Position numbers and translations under genes: made by a program. Shown here piece after piece: positions 23,842 to 37,119 of a stretch of DNA of 64,000 nucleotides. Each line of letters opens with the position of its first letter. The first letter of the stretch is position 1. The notes below the pieces were generated by a model that saw nothing but the letters and a program-made list of their open reading frames with translations, was not told where the DNA came from and did no database searches. Source of the stretch: Saprolegnia diclina VS20 (taxonomy: Eukaryota); contig NW_008246070.1 of NCBI RefSeq assembly GCF_000281045.1, forward strand, positions 390,048 to 454,047, read 5' to 3'.

Positions 23842-26074
23842 CTACGAAGATTCGGGTGGCAGAAGCGGCGTCGCCTCGGTGACGAGGCGCCTCGTCTCGA
23901 CCACCGGTCGCCCAAGCACGAGGAGGAGGCATAAACACGCGCTCACCGAAAGGCCGAGGGCCAGTGTCGGGCCATAGACGCCGTACCCGACTGGCAGCGC
24001 GCACAGGAAGAGGCTCATGCTGCCGACAAGCGCGGCGTACGGAAGCGTCGTGCGCACGTGCGTGTGGACGTCAAGGCCCGTCGCCATGCACGTGAGCACC
24101 GTGTCGTCCGCGATCGGGCTCAGTACGTTGCCAAAGACGCTGCCGCCAAAGATCGCGCCCACGCATTGCGTCAGCAAGTCCGTGTCGCCGGGCGCTACGA
24201 CAATATGTGCATGTTCCACTCCTCTACACCGCTGTGAGTTAATAGACGTACACAAGGTCGCGGCGAGCGGTAGAGCAAGCGGAAAGAGGATGCCCATGGC
24301 CCCAAACGCAGACCCAGTTGCACCCGAGAGGCAAAAGCTTAGTGCTGTCACCACGACGGGCAACAGCGGAGGCGGCAGGCTTGATCCGAGCGCCGACGCC
24401 AAGTACGCGGCTGCTTGGAGGTCGAGAAGGACGTCGCCGAGTGACCACGCCAGGAGGAGCACGAGCACGGGCGAGAGCATGGTCTCGGCGATGCCGGCGA
24501 GCCATGCCGCCATGACGCCGCGCATCGTCAAGAGCTGCTGACCGAGAACGAGCGTCGCCGCGACGACGCAGCCCGCCAGTGCGCCAGCGATGAGCGCGTT
24601 GAACGAATTCGCGCTCGCTAGAATCGTGCGCCACGACTTGTCCTACGCAGGCGTGAGAGCTCGCTTAATGGTATGTGGTGACAGGAATACCCCACTGGTG
24701 CAGTGGGCGAGGCCATCGCAGTAAAGACCGAGGCATGTCCCGACGCCGACGGCGGCAAACGGCAGCGCAGCGTTGTACCAGCGCTGGGAAGCGACCGGCA
24801 TCGTCGGCGCGAGAGCCGACGCTGGAAGCACGCTCGGACTCGCGAGTCCCATGGCGAGGGGTGAGAACGTCTCCGAGTCGGTTGAGAGGCGGTGGCGGCT
24901 CTCGGGCGGGAGCCGCTGTGCCGCGCGCTCGTGCAATAGCATCGGGCCGAAGTCCCGGCCCGTGACCACCGTGAGACAAAGGAAGCACAGCCACAGCAGC
25001 GGAAAGTACCGGTGCGGCCACGACGCAAGGAGCCAGCTGAACGCGTCGCCCGAGAGCGAGGCCTCGCCTTGGAGATATCCAACTTGGATGCCGACCCACG
25101 ACGAGATGGGCACGAGACTCACCCAGCACGCCGATGCGCCATGGAGCAGCAGCGCCAGCTTGGCTTTGCTCACGCCCACGTCCTGCGCCGGGCGCGAAAA
25201 GGTCGTACCGACAATCAGAATGGCGGCGTAATCGTCAAAGAAGACAAGCCCCGTCAGCGCCAAGATCGCTACGAGGGCGTGGCCGCGGGTTGCTGCGAGT
25301 GCCGTGACGAGCGACGCGAGCCCGTGGGCGCCGCCGCCCTTTTGTACAATGCCAATGAGCCCGCCCAGGAGAAAGCAAAACGTCACAACCTGCGCGTGGC
25401 CGTTGCGGTAGTCCAGTGCCTACGAATAAGATCTGAGCAACGAGATGACTCAGAACGTAGTGTATACGTGGCTAAAGTACGTGTCGAAGACGCGAAGGAG
25501 GGCCACGAGCGGGTTGAACGCATTCAGAAAGACGCAGCCGAGCCAGACGCCAAGCATGAGAGCAAGGAGCACTTGCTTGCAGAGCACCGCGACAACGACT
25601 GTGAGCAGCGGCGGCAAAAGCGATAGAAAACCCGGTACGCTGGGCACCGTGGTGACCGCCGCGCCCAAGGATGTACCGTTGCCATCAATGGCCTATGGTA
25701 CTCAACTTGATCATTGTCGACCGAGAACAACGGCAGAGAACCTCAAGGTACAGCGTGTGCAGCCCCGTCGATGCCACTGTGAGGTTGCTCAGGGTATGGC
25801 TCTTGGACGTCGTCGACACTACGAAGGCCCCGAGACGGTGCGTCTTAACATGGACGATGAAGAACAGAGCTGCCGGCCAAGCATCGCCTATATCTTGTCG
25901 CGGCCTCCCGTCATCGCGCAAAGAAATCGTACCGAGTGGGGGTAGCGCAGGCAAGGTCAAGGTGCACGCAAAGGGTACATCATCCAGGACGAGCTTGGGC
26001 GCGGAGAAGGTCAAGTTGTCGCCCGACGCATGTGCCACGATAGTGGCCAGGAGCGCGAGTGGTCCTCGTCGCAT
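23842..26074 (-). CDS. NhaC-family (ion transporter superfamily) Na+/H+ antiporter-like membrane protein, multi-exon
   Basis: SLLPPLLTVVVAVLCKQVLLALMLGVWLG, LLGGLIGIVQKGGG, FFDDYAAILIVG, PISSWVG, ATGSAFGAMGILFP, GGSVFGNVLSPIADDTVL and HVRTTLPYA. The start at 26074 carries a signal-peptide-like sequence. Confidence 0.82.
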
Positions 26075-26166
26075 GACTCTGCTGCTCGACGAATTCCGAG
26101 ATTGGTCCTGTAACGGCAAAGTGCAAAGTGGGAAAGGCGGTGCAGGACATGGCTGCATTAGTCTAC

Positions 26167-26433
26167 TTATTGGCCTTCCATGGCCGCGGCCTGCGCCTCC
26201 TGGAAGCGCGTCGCGACGCGCTGCGTGTGCTTGACGAACTTTTCCGTGCACTTGTTGATGCATCCCTCTTCCTTGTCGTCGAGCTTCTTGGAGCGGAACG
26301 ACTGGACGCACTCGTTAAAGCACGTGGCGACGACGCGGTTGTACATGGCCAAGCTCTCTTCCAGCTGCTTCTCCTCAAAGTGCTTCATCAGCTCTTGCTG
26401 CTGGTACGCCGGGAGGTTGTTCATCGCGTTCAT
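26167..26433 (-). CDS. TIM9: Mitochondrial import chaperone TIM9 (twin CX3C)
   Basis: MYNRVVATCFNECVQSFRSKKLDDKEEGCINKCTEKFVKHTQRVATRFQE. Confidence 0.93.
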   Translation of the reverse strand: MNAMNNLPAYQQQELMKHFEEKQLEESLAMYNRVVATCFNECVQSFRSKKLDDKEEGCINKCTEKFVKHTQRVATRFQEAQAAAMEGQ

Positions 26434-26487
26434 GGTCGATCGATCGGCTTGCTTCGAAAACTCTGCCCAGCCAAACAACGATCTACA

Positions 26488-26508
26488 CCGGATACGGAAT
26501 CCGGATAA
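26488..26508. promoter_or_regulatory. CCGGATA-type promoter element (copy upstream of TIM9)
   Basis: ccggatacggaatccggataa lies about 55 nt upstream of the TIM9 ATG. The 13-mer ccggatacggaat is shared with 38404-38416. Confidence 0.45.
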
Positions 26509-27313
26509 TATGTGTCCAGCCAATCACGACAAAGGTTGAAATCACGCCTCCTGCGCCGAAGTACCGACGCCGCCAAGAGCAGAGCACGCTCGACCTCGGT
26601 GCTTCCAAGACGCGAAGTCTCATTGTTCGCAAACACACAGCTTGAATTACATGGGCAATATGGTGGGCTCGGAGCTCGCTCTTGCAATGAGAAGTGGTAC
26701 CAAACTTCGCCCAAGTCGGAGGGAGATCTACCTGTGCAGTGCAGTGGATACGCTCGATTGCAGAGTCGATGTAGCGTTCTGTAGTACTTGCAGCGCTGGC
26801 AAATACCTCTGTCCTTGCAGCGGTGTCGTATACGGCGGGTAACGAGCCAAGCGAACGGCGCGGAGGCCCTCGTCGATCGAAGCGCACCTCGCAACTCGCT
26901 ACTAGTACAATCGGACTATGCAATCCAGTCGATCATAGTCGGTGCACCTCCGCCTCAAGTATACGTGCAGGCCAGCACCTTTTCAATAGTACCGCCACAC
27001 GAACGCATCGACCGACCGTGGAGCATCTCGGTGCGCTAGATCGCTCTCGGCAGGACCAACGACGCTAGTGACCGATACTGCTGCATTCAGAGCACTGCAA
27101 TACATAGCTGTACGTCGTCTGGTGCGGCAGGTTGGCATCGCGCAGCACGCGAGCGTAGCCAGCGGACGCTCTTGCAAGTTGCGTGTTTTCGTATCGCTAT
27201 CCGGGTGTGTCGATTGTCCGGATGTCAGGAGCCAATCGGATCGCTCGAGTACTCCACCAGTCAAAATGAGTGGAGCTATCTTTGCGAAGAGCAACTAGGC
27301 AGAAAAATCGCGG

Positions 27314-30300
27314 ATGACCAAGGGGCTCAACGACAGCGCGGCGACGGGCAGCTCCAAGCGCTTCCGCTTCCAGAAGGTCAAGGAGCGCGTCGTCGGTTTG
27401 CAGCATGAGCTGCAGCTGCACGCCAAGACACAGACGCACTCGGCCTACGTGCTGCAGGCCAATGCGTCGACCGCGCCGTTCCACGAAGAGCTCGTGCTCC
27501 TCGGCGAGCTCTACACCAACGAGCGCTTCCAGACTGTCTTTCGCCAGGTGCGCCGTATCACCAACTCGACGCCGCAGCTGTTGCACCACCTCAAGACCGT
27601 GGTCACAACGCTCGAGACGCAGCTTGTCGAGTTTCCGGAGGACCCGGATGTCATGACGCCCGTGCTCAAGCTGCTCGTGGCGCTCGCCAAGTACAAAAGC
27701 CAACTCGTACACCTGCGCGCATGCTCATGCAGTGTTTAGGGACCTCGGCAAGGAGTTTTACCCGTACTTTCCGGCGCTCTTTCCGTCGATTTTGGCCATC
27801 ATTACGACCGTCAACCCGGAGCTGACGACCGAAGTCTTCAAGACACTCGCGATGCTCTTCAAGTACCTGCAGCCCCAGCTCCTCGCCGACATGCAATCCG
27901 TGCACAAGTACTACGGCCTCCTCCTCGGCCACTCGAAGGACTACGTGCGCGAGTTTGCGGCCAGCGTCTTTTGCGTGCTCTTGCGCAAGGTCAAGGCGGG
28001 CAAGGACTTTAGCGACTACATTCACAGCTTCTTTGTCGCGCTTGTCCGCGGCGACTCGGACGACATGACGCACGTGCTCGACGGCGCCGCGCGGCTCTTC
28101 TTTGCGATCATGAAGAACGTCCAGGAGCAGTTCCACTCGCGCATGCCCGAGCTCCTGCGTCTCCTCTTGACGTCGTTTGCACCGTCTGAGACGTTTACCG
28201 ACGAGCAGCTCGCGACGATCTTTGACGTCGTCCGCCGCACGAACGACCTGATGCGCAAGCACACTAGTGTGAGCCACACCGAAGTGATCTGGACGACGCT
28301 GCACAACGCGACGCAGCATGCGATCCGCGCGCACAAGGAGGGCCCGTCGGCGGCCTCGGCGCTGTATCTGAGCCGACAGGCAGACCTCGTGGCGCTCTGG
28401 GTGGCGTACAAGCACGGCGACCTTGTCGGCCTCGGCCACAAAAAGGTCTTGTACCAAACAGCGTCGAGCCTCGTGGAAACGTCGACGTACACGACCGAGA
28501 TGGCGCCGGAGCTGCACGCGTCGACGCTCAACCTCCTCAACACCTGCGTCTGGTCGCTCCACGAGCGCTTCTATCCGCTCCTCAAGTCGGTCTACAGCGT
28601 GCACCCGTCGTCAGGGACGCTCCTGCGCCACCTGCGCGAGTTTACACACAAGATGCTGCAGGCGATGCCGGTCACGGCCGTCGTCGAGTACCTCGCGCCG
28701 CACGTGACGACCTTTGCGTTTGGGCTGATCGACTCGTCGCTGAACGAGCACCTCCTTTTCCTCAGCGACGTGCTCTCGTTCTTGGTGCGCAACGCCGGCG
28801 AGATCCCGTCCGGCCGCATGGTGGTCATCCGCGGCGACGTCGTCACGGTCGACCTGACCAAGCTGCGCTTCGTGCCAGCTGACGCCACGCCCCGCTTTCT
28901 CCAAATGGCCAGCGCGCTCTTTGAGACCACGTGGAGCGTCGACGACCACGACGCGTTTGTCGCGCATGCGTCGCGGCTGCGCATGGCGCTCGAGTGCCTT
29001 CGCCAGCTCGTTGTGCCCGAGAACGAGGCTGCAGTGATGACCGAGCGCCTCCGCGTGTCGCTAGCCGCCGCACTCGCGCGTGGCGCCTGCTCGCACACGG
29101 CGCGTGTCGTGCTCACGCTGCTGCACGCCAAGTGCCTCCGCGTGCAGGCCAATTTGGAGAGCGTCGCGCCAACGTCGGCGCAGCTGGAAACGTACTTGGA
29201 TACGTACGCAGCGTCGCCCTTTACGCTCCAGGCGCTGCGCGCGCTGCTCAAGACGATGGATTTGTCGCAACTGCCCGCGCTCTCGTTCCATGCGCTCTTT
29301 GCCAAGCTGCAGCACAACCTCCGGTCGCCGATTCAGGCGCTGCGCCGCGAAACCATCGAGCTCTTTGGCTTGCACCCGGCGCTGCACTACGAGAACACGA
29401 GTGAGAACTCGCTCCAGGGCGAGTGCGAAGCCGTCTCGCTCTGCCTCCAGCTCGAAGTCGTCTGCTCCAAGCCGACGGTCGAGACGGAGCGCGACATCAT
29501 TCGCATGCTCGAGCGGCTCAAGGTCATTGCGCGCGCGCCGCAGACGCCGCAGATCTACGTCAAGCTCATCACGGCGCACATGCTCGGGCTCAACCACGTC
29601 AAGTTCTCGACCATCTGGCCGCACGTCGCGATCGTCATCCAAGCCTGCGTGCCATTGCATTTCGATGCTGTTTGGTCGACGCTCTGTGCCGAGCTCTTTT
29701 ACATCTCGTCGCGCACGTCGAGCCAGAGCGTCGCAAGTATCGAGAGCGACGACGAGGCGCACTCGCTGCGCGAAGACCTCGCCGATGACGTGTCGGTCGA
29801 AGAAGGCGTCAACCAAGCCGTGACGGACATTCCGACGCAGCACGGGCTTGTGTGGAAGACACTCGAAGGCTTTCCGAACTTGGTCGAGCAAAAGTCCAAG
29901 GTGGTCGTCCCGATCTTCTGCGCCTTCTTGCGCGACCAGTACTACGCGATCTACAAGGACGACGCCGAGCACGTGACGCCGGCCGCGCTCACGGAGCTGA
30001 TCACGTCGGCGGCGGCGTCGCGCGCGTCCAACCCCAAGTACGCCAGCGACGACAGCCTTCTGACGGCGTCGCTCTCGTCGCTTTCGTCGCCGATCGTGCA
30101 CGCGCAGCTGACGACCAAGGGCGTGCGCGAGAAGCTCATTAGCTTTCTCCATCTCTTCAAGCGCTTCACCAACTTTAGCGGCGTGTACGGCTCGTCGCTG
30201 CTCTGGGAGTTCTTTTACGCGCTGCTCATCAAGTCGGACGACCACGTCTCGGCGCTGTCGCTCGAGTGCATTTACGCCTACAAGCCGGCGTACTTGATGC

Positions 30301-33300
30301 CGTACAAGACGCAGCTGTCGCAGCTCACCAACAGCACGACGTTCCGCGAGGCGCTGACGAATTTCAGCGTCGACAAGGCGTCCGGCGTCGTCCTCGCCGA
30401 GCACCGCGGGCCGTTCTTCCCGGTGCTTTTGCGCTTGCTCTACGCCAAGTTTGTCTCGCGCAAGGGCTCTCGGAGCTCAAAAGACTCGCTCGCGACGCGC
30501 CGCACGACCGTGCTCTCGTTCTTGGTCGCGCTGGAAACCGAAGAACTCGCGTACTTTCTTGGGCTCATTTTGCGCGCGTTCCGGGTGCCTGTGACGTTGG
30601 ATGTCGTACCGTTTGAAGATCGCGTGCGCGATGTGCTGGCGGTGATGCCGGACGTCTCGGCGTCCAAGCAAGTGGGCTTTCTCAAGCTGCTCGAAGACGT
30701 GATTGCGCACCTCGGTATGAAGGTCACAGCGTTCTTGCCGCAGATCCTCTCGGTGCTGACGGCGATCCTCTCGGCGGGCGACCTCGGGCAGATCGCCAAG
30801 GCGTCGACGATCGCGAAGGAAGTCGACGAGGACGACGAGGACGTCGAGATGACGGACAAGCCGACCGAAGACGACGACGAAGCGCCGACGACCAACGAAG
30901 GCCTCAAGCGCCAGACGCGCATGCTTGTCTTCCGCCGTCTCGGCGAGGTCGTCGAGCAGTTTGACGGCGTGTACGACCTCAACGACTGCTTCACATCGCT
31001 CTTCTCGCTCTGCGACTCGTCGATCGCGCACTTGCCGGCGGCGATGCGCGGAGCGAAGAAGCCGTCCGCGCTCCTCGAGTGGCTCACGTCGATTGCGCAG
31101 AGCTCGTACACGGTGCGCGCGCTCCCGACCGACCTCGTCCGCACGGTCATTTCGTGTCTCTCGACCGGACTCGATAGCGACGACGTGACCGCGTACGACA
31201 TGGGCGTCAGCGCCGATACGCTCGAGACGCTGCTCAAGTTCCTCGGCGGCCTCCTCAGCGCGGACGAGGCGTCGGACGCACCGCATCAAATGCTCTTGCC
31301 GCACTTGACGCTCGTGCTGCAGCAGTTTGTGGTTCGGTTCCAGTCCAAGACGGCCAAGTTTATGCAGGAAAAGCACACGGGCTCGTCCAAGCGTGAGCTG
31401 ACGTTTCTGTGCCGCCTCGCGCCGCACGTGCAGTCGAATGTCCAGCCGGACGCGGCCGATCAGCTCATCACGCTCCTCTTGCCGTTCCTCACGCGCAGCT
31501 ACCGCACGTCGTATGCGGACAAGGAGAACATTTGCGACGTCGTCTCGGGCCTCGTGCCGTGCGTCACGGACCCGCGCAAGCACGTGAGCTTCCTCTCCAA
31601 GCTCATTGCGCCCGGCCCCAACTGCATCCACGAGCGCGGCCCGCGGCTCAAGCTCATGGACGTCTTTGCCGCTATCGAAGCGCACCCGGCCGCGGCAGAG
31701 CTCCAGGCCATGTGCGGGTACCTCGTTGGTCTCAACGCGATGGACCCGAAGCGGCTCGAGGACGTCGACTTTGAGCGCCGGCTCAGCGTCTTCCAGGTGA
31801 TCAACTCGGACCAGTTTGCATCGCTCGCGAAGGAGATGACGACGCTCCAGCCCATCATTAGCCAGTACCTCTACGTACGTCCTTTCTTCTATAATAGCGA
31901 CGACGACTAACTTTTGGCGCAGAGCATGCACGACGACGAGTACTCGCTGCGCAACGCGGCGCGTGCCGGCCTCGAAGGCTTCACAAAGCTCGCGGCGTCG
32001 GAGAAGGACGTGCCGAACTCGACGCCGTTCCACGTCTTTGAGAACGTCGTCATGCCGTGCGTGCGCTACAGCCTCAAGGGTCAAATCGAGGAGCCCCGCC
32101 GCGGCTTCATCCAGCTGCTCTCGACGGTCGCAGACGCCTTCGAAGGCCACGAGAACCCGTCGCTGCACGGCGACCTCGCGCTCCTCCGCAACAAGGAAGA
32201 CCCGGAAGTCGACTTCTTCTACAACATGACGCATATCCAGTCGCACCGCCGGTCGCGCGCGATCCAGCGGCTGCGGTCGAGCTTTGCGAACGAGAAGCTG
32301 CCGCTGAGCAACACGACCGTCCTCAACGTGATCGTGCCGCTGCTCACACACGTCATTTACGAGAACAGCAACAAGTCGCACGAGGCAATGGCCACCGACG
32401 CCGCGCAGTGCCTCGGGTCGGCCGCGTCGCTTCTCTCGTGGTCGCACTACTACGGCCTCATCCGGAACCTCCTCAAGCAGATTCCGGGTCGACCCGAGTG
32501 CGAGACCACGATCGTTGCGGCGGTCTGCGCGATCATTGACCACTTCCACTTTGAAGGCTCGGTCGTCTGCGAGGGCTGGGACAAGGTCGCGGCGGCCGCC
32601 AAGAGCGAGGACGACGACGAACTGCCGCCGACGCACATTCAGCAAGTGATGCGCGACTCGCTCGTTCCGATGCTCAAGAGCCACCTCACCAAGGGCGAGC
32701 GCAAGAAGGGCAAGTCCAAGACCAACGACAAGACGACGGACGGCCAGTCGACTGCGACCGGCGACTACGTGCTGCGTGTCCCAGTCGCGCTGGCGATCGT
32801 CAAGGTGCTGCGCCGCCTCCCGCCGCGGGCGTTCCACGCAGAGCTGCCCAAGCTGCTCATCCAAGTAACCAAGCTCCAGCGCTCGAAGGACGACAGCGTC
32901 CGGTCGTCGTCGCGCCAGACGCTTGTCAAGATTGCGCTCGAACTCGGTCCGTCGTATCTGCTGCCGATCGTCTCGGAGCTCGAGCAGTCGCTTTCGATGG
33001 GCTACATGGTCCACGTGCTCTCGTACACGTTGTTTGCGATCCTCGAGAAGGTCGCCGAGTCGTGCTATCAGGAGACGCCGGCGCCGCTGACGTCGTCGGG
33101 CTTGGCCGTCGCGTCGACGCCAATCTTGTCGCCGCTCGACGAGTGCATTCCCAAGATCCTCAACATCCTTGTGCGGAACCTCTTTGGCGACGTGAGCGAG
33201 CACCGCGCCGACAAGGCCGAGCACAAGACCAAGTCCAAGATGAAGGAGGCGCGGTCGTGCCGCAGCTACGACTCGTTCGAGCTCGTTGCGCGCTGCATCA

Positions 33301-35765
33301 ACTTTTTGCCCAACCCGACGATCCACGTGCTTCTCTTGCCCATCGTGCAGACGCTCGAGAGCAACCGCATGAACGGCAAGGCGCTGCTGAACGTCCGCAA
33401 CGTGCTCCAGCGCATCGCGCTCGGCCTCGCCAAGAACAAGAGCGTCGAGCAGTCGCACATGTACTTGTACATCTTCAACATGCTCACCATGTGCTTTGAC
33501 CGCATCAAGTACCTCCAGCCGGGCGCCAACGACAACAAGAGTGTCGACGAAGCCGGCGTCTCGTCCTGGCTCGTCTGCGACTGGGTCGGCGACGAGAAGA
33601 AGAAGGCCAAGCTCACCAAGCGCGTCCAGGCGTGGGAGACCTTCAAGATTGAAGCGCAAGCGCGCATGACCGGCTACGATCGGTACGCAGTCACCAAGAC
33701 CGAGATGAAGAACTCGGGCGCAGACGAGATTATGAACTTCACCGTCTCGCTCTTCTACACGATGCTCCGGAAGGAAGAACGCACGGGGCTCTCGTTTGCG
33801 CTCTTGGACCCGTTCGTGCCCTTCCTGCTCCGGTGCCTCGCCGAGATCAAGCACGACGAGTCGGTCGTGAATGCGCTCAAGTGTGTCTCGGTGCTGCTCA
33901 ACCACCCGGTGCCGTCGCTCATTGCGCAGCTCTCGACGGTCGTCGACCGCATCTTCAAGATCATCCAGCGCGCGGGCGCCGCGACCAAGAACGAGATGAC
34001 GCAGACGTGCTACCGCGCACTCGCGGTTTTGATCCGCGAGCGCCACGAGTATGTCATGTCCGAGTCGCAGCTGCGTGTGCTCCTGAGCTTTTTGCGCCAA
34101 GACCTCGACGAGATGGACCACCAGAACGCGACGTTTGCGCTGCTCAAGGCGCTCCTCGCGCGCCGCCTCGTGATCCCCGAAGTGTACGACCTCATGCTCC
34201 GCGTCGGCGAGATGATGGTGCAGAGCCAAGTGCTCAACGTGCGCACCAACTGCGCGGCAATGTACCTCACGTTTCTCCTCGACTACCCGCTCGGCGACAA
34301 GCGGCTCAACTTCCACGTGCGCTTCATTGTCAACAACCTCACGTTTGTGTACGAGTCGGGCCGCATCTCGACGCTCGAGTGCCTCAACGCGCTCGTGAAG
34401 AAGCTGCCGTCCGACCTCCTCGATGCGCGCGCGCAGTTTTTCCTGCTGCCGCTTGTGCTGCGGCTCGTAAACGACGAAGCCCAAGTGTGCCGGTCGCTCG
34501 CGGCCGACGTCATCTCGCACCTCTTCCAGCGGGTGAGCGCCAAGACGTTTGGCGCGTGCCTCGCGACCATGGAGCCGTGGTGGAGTGCGTCGGACGCCAA
34601 GCTCCAGTGTGCGGCCGCGCACGTGAGCAGCCTCGTGGTCGTCGCGCGGCCCGACCTTGCCAAGAAGACGCTGGTGGCGCCGCTCCTGTCGCAGATCGCG
34701 TCCTTGCTCACGAACGCGACCGCGCACATGGGCGAACTTGACGAAGATGAGATCCAGGAGCTCACGTGGGAGCCGGTGTACTTGACGTTGCTCTGCCTCG
34801 AGAAGGTCCTTCGGTCGCTCTCGCCGTCGCTCGAGGCCTGGCTGTTTGAGAACGCGTCGTGCCTCGACACGGTGGTTGCGCTCATGGCGTATCCGCACGC
34901 GTGGGTGCGTCTGGCGGCGACGCGCTTTCTGAGTGCATATGCGGCCAAGCGGTCGGCGTCGACGCTCACGTTTGTCGCCGAGTCGGACAAGGACGGCGGC
35001 GCGTACTTGAAGACGCCCGGGAAGCTCTTCCAGCTGGCACACATGGCGTGCAAGCAGCTCGAGAGTGACCACCTCGCGGCGGACCTTGCCTCGGAAGTCG
35101 TGACGCTGCTGCTATTTATTCTGCGCGCGCTTCGGAGCTTCCCCGAGATTGGCCAAACGGTCGTTGCGACCAAGGAAGAGGAGACGACGACGCACAGCGA
35201 GGACGACGAGGACGACGAAGAGGCCAAGCCGACGACGACGCCCGTGGCGTGGCTCTTTACCCGTCTCTCGTTCTTGGCCCGCGGGTTTGACATTGCGCTG
35301 CGCAAGACGAGCGTATACAATTTCTTCGCGGGCGTCGCCGTCCAGGAAGATGCAGCGTTCTTGGAGACGGTGCTTTTGCAGATGCTCAACCCGCTCTACC
35401 GCGACACGTCGGCGGACGACGTCGAGTCGGACTCGGCTGAGACCAAGAACGTCAAGAACGTGGCGCGCGAAGTGCTCCAGCTGCTCGAGTCCAAGGTCGA
35501 GTCGCAGCCGTTCCTGACGACGTACACGCACGTGCAGAAGAAGGTGACCGAGTTCCGCGACCGGCGCAAGCTCAAGCGCAAGATCGAAGTGGTCGCTGAC
35601 CCCGAAGTCGCGGCCAAGCGCAAGTTGGCCAAGAACCTCCAAAAGCAAAACTCCAAGCAGCTCAAGAAGCGCAAGATCGGCGAGCTCAAGGGCTCGCAGA
35701 ACAAGGCGCAAAAGGTGGCCGCCGCCCAGGAGCGCCGCAAGAAGGCCCGGCCCGGCCATTCTTAA
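27314..35765 (+). CDS. UTP20: Small subunit processome component UTP20 (DRIM), 3 exons
   Basis: N-terminal KRFRFQ and DLGKEFYPYF; DRIM region LTNSTTFREALTNF...EHRG...LLRLLYAK; EVDFFYNMTHIQSHRRSRA; GYMVHVLSYT; FLLDYPLG; NLTFVYESGRISTLE; Lys-rich tail. Confidence 0.94.
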
Positions 35766-36132
35766 ACCATAGATTAATTCCATATTTGCATTTGCGATGT
35801 CATAACTCGGATCCTGTCGCACGCTGCCGCTTGGGTCTCGTGGCCAAGGTCGACACGGTGCCCGCCAAAGACAGCTGGCGACAACGCGCACCCTTGGCCG
35901 ACGCAAAGGACGTGTTGGCATCTGGGAGAGCTATCTGGGAGGTGCTTGAAGTACTACATGTAGAAGGTCCCGAGGTTGGACTAGAAAGGGCAGAAGTTCA
36001 ACATGCGTGGCGGCGTGCCAGCCAATATACTGTAAATTTGTATGAACTCTTTAGGCTCCAAACTCAACTAGGCTACATATACGCTAGGACGCAATCGTCT
36101 TGGATAACGTATACCAGGCCGTTGGCGCGTCC

Positions 36133-36166
36133 TATAAATAGGCGCAACGGCAATCTCGGCTCATTT
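36133..36166 (+). promoter_or_regulatory. TATA box plus oomycete initiator (INR)
   Basis: TATAAATA at 36133-36140 lies 30 nt upstream of the A in GCTCATTT (36159-36166). The ATG is at 36178. Confidence 0.5.
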
Positions 36167-36177
36167 CCCATCGTGTC

Positions 36178-37094
36178 ATGGAGTCGCAGACCAAGTCCAA
36201 GCTGCTCGAAGCCAAGCAGGTGCGTCATGGCGCATGCTGCATCTCTTCATGCGCCGAGGTAGCGGCGGAAGGACGTCTCGAGCGATGCCATGCTGCTGCA
36301 GAACCGCATCTCGCTCCTCAAGGTACCTCCATGCGCTTCGTCGTCATCGCATGAACGTACATGGCAGGCCGAGGAAGCGCGGGCGTGGAAGAAGATTGAG
36401 CAGACAAAGAAGCGGGCACACGAGCTGCTCAAGCTGCGCCAAGAGAAGGACCAGTACGCGCGCGAGCGCAATGCGCTCATGACGCAGGCCGAGCGCGAGC
36501 TCCATACGATCCAGCAGGCCAAGCGCGAAGTCGTCCTCGCCTCCGAGAAGGTTCGTGCTTCCATGGTCCTTGCACATCGACCCTGCGTTGCGTAGAAGGA
36601 GATTGATGCAGCGATCCTCGAACAAAAGCGCAACGAAGCACAACAGCTCAAGGAAGACAAGCAAAAATGGCGGCAGTACACCGAGACGAAGAAGCGCCAG
36701 GAGCTCGAAGATGCGATTCGCCGGCGCGAAGACATTGTCAAGCAGCAAGACCAGCTGCGCCGCACCAAGCGCACCAAGCAGGTGCGTTGGGAATATATAG
36801 CAAGACGCCACCTCTACGTGTATGTAGGCGGAGCTGGAGCGGGCCAACAAGGCGCGCGCCGACGGTATTGTCAAGCGCGAGGAGCAAGTCTTTCACGAAA
36901 AGGAGCTCGAAGTACGCTATCATTTCGAGCCCAACTGGGGTTTGCTTATCGAGGTCTTATAGGTCCAGGAAATGGAGAAGCTCGAGATGGAGCTCATCCA
37001 GCGGTTAAGAAACACGCAGCACCTGCAAAAACAGGCGTACGAAGAGCTCGAGAACGCACTGAACGGGTCGTTCGCGACCACGAGCGTCTCGTAG
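36178..37094 (+). CDS. Uncharacterised coiled-coil protein, about 6 exons
   Basis: Spliced product: MESQTKSKLLEAKQ/RRKDVSSDAMLLQNRISLLK/AEEARAWKKIEQTKKRA.../EMEKLEMELIQRLRNTQHLQKQAYEELENAL. Five short GT-AG introns. Confidence 0.75.
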
Positions 37095-37119
37095 GCCTCT
37101 AGTTGCGACTGCAAATAAA

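Noticed and set aside
26540..27300. Short ORFs in the TIM9-UTP20 spacer
   Set aside because: They show no coding bias or motifs and are consistent with a divergent promoter carrying CCAAT boxes.
30477..35072. 1531-aa minus-strand ORF, and similar long antisense ORFs such as 52340-54514, 29061-30404 and 17599-18981
   Set aside because: These are shadows of real high-GC3 genes on the opposite strand and show no recognisable motifs.
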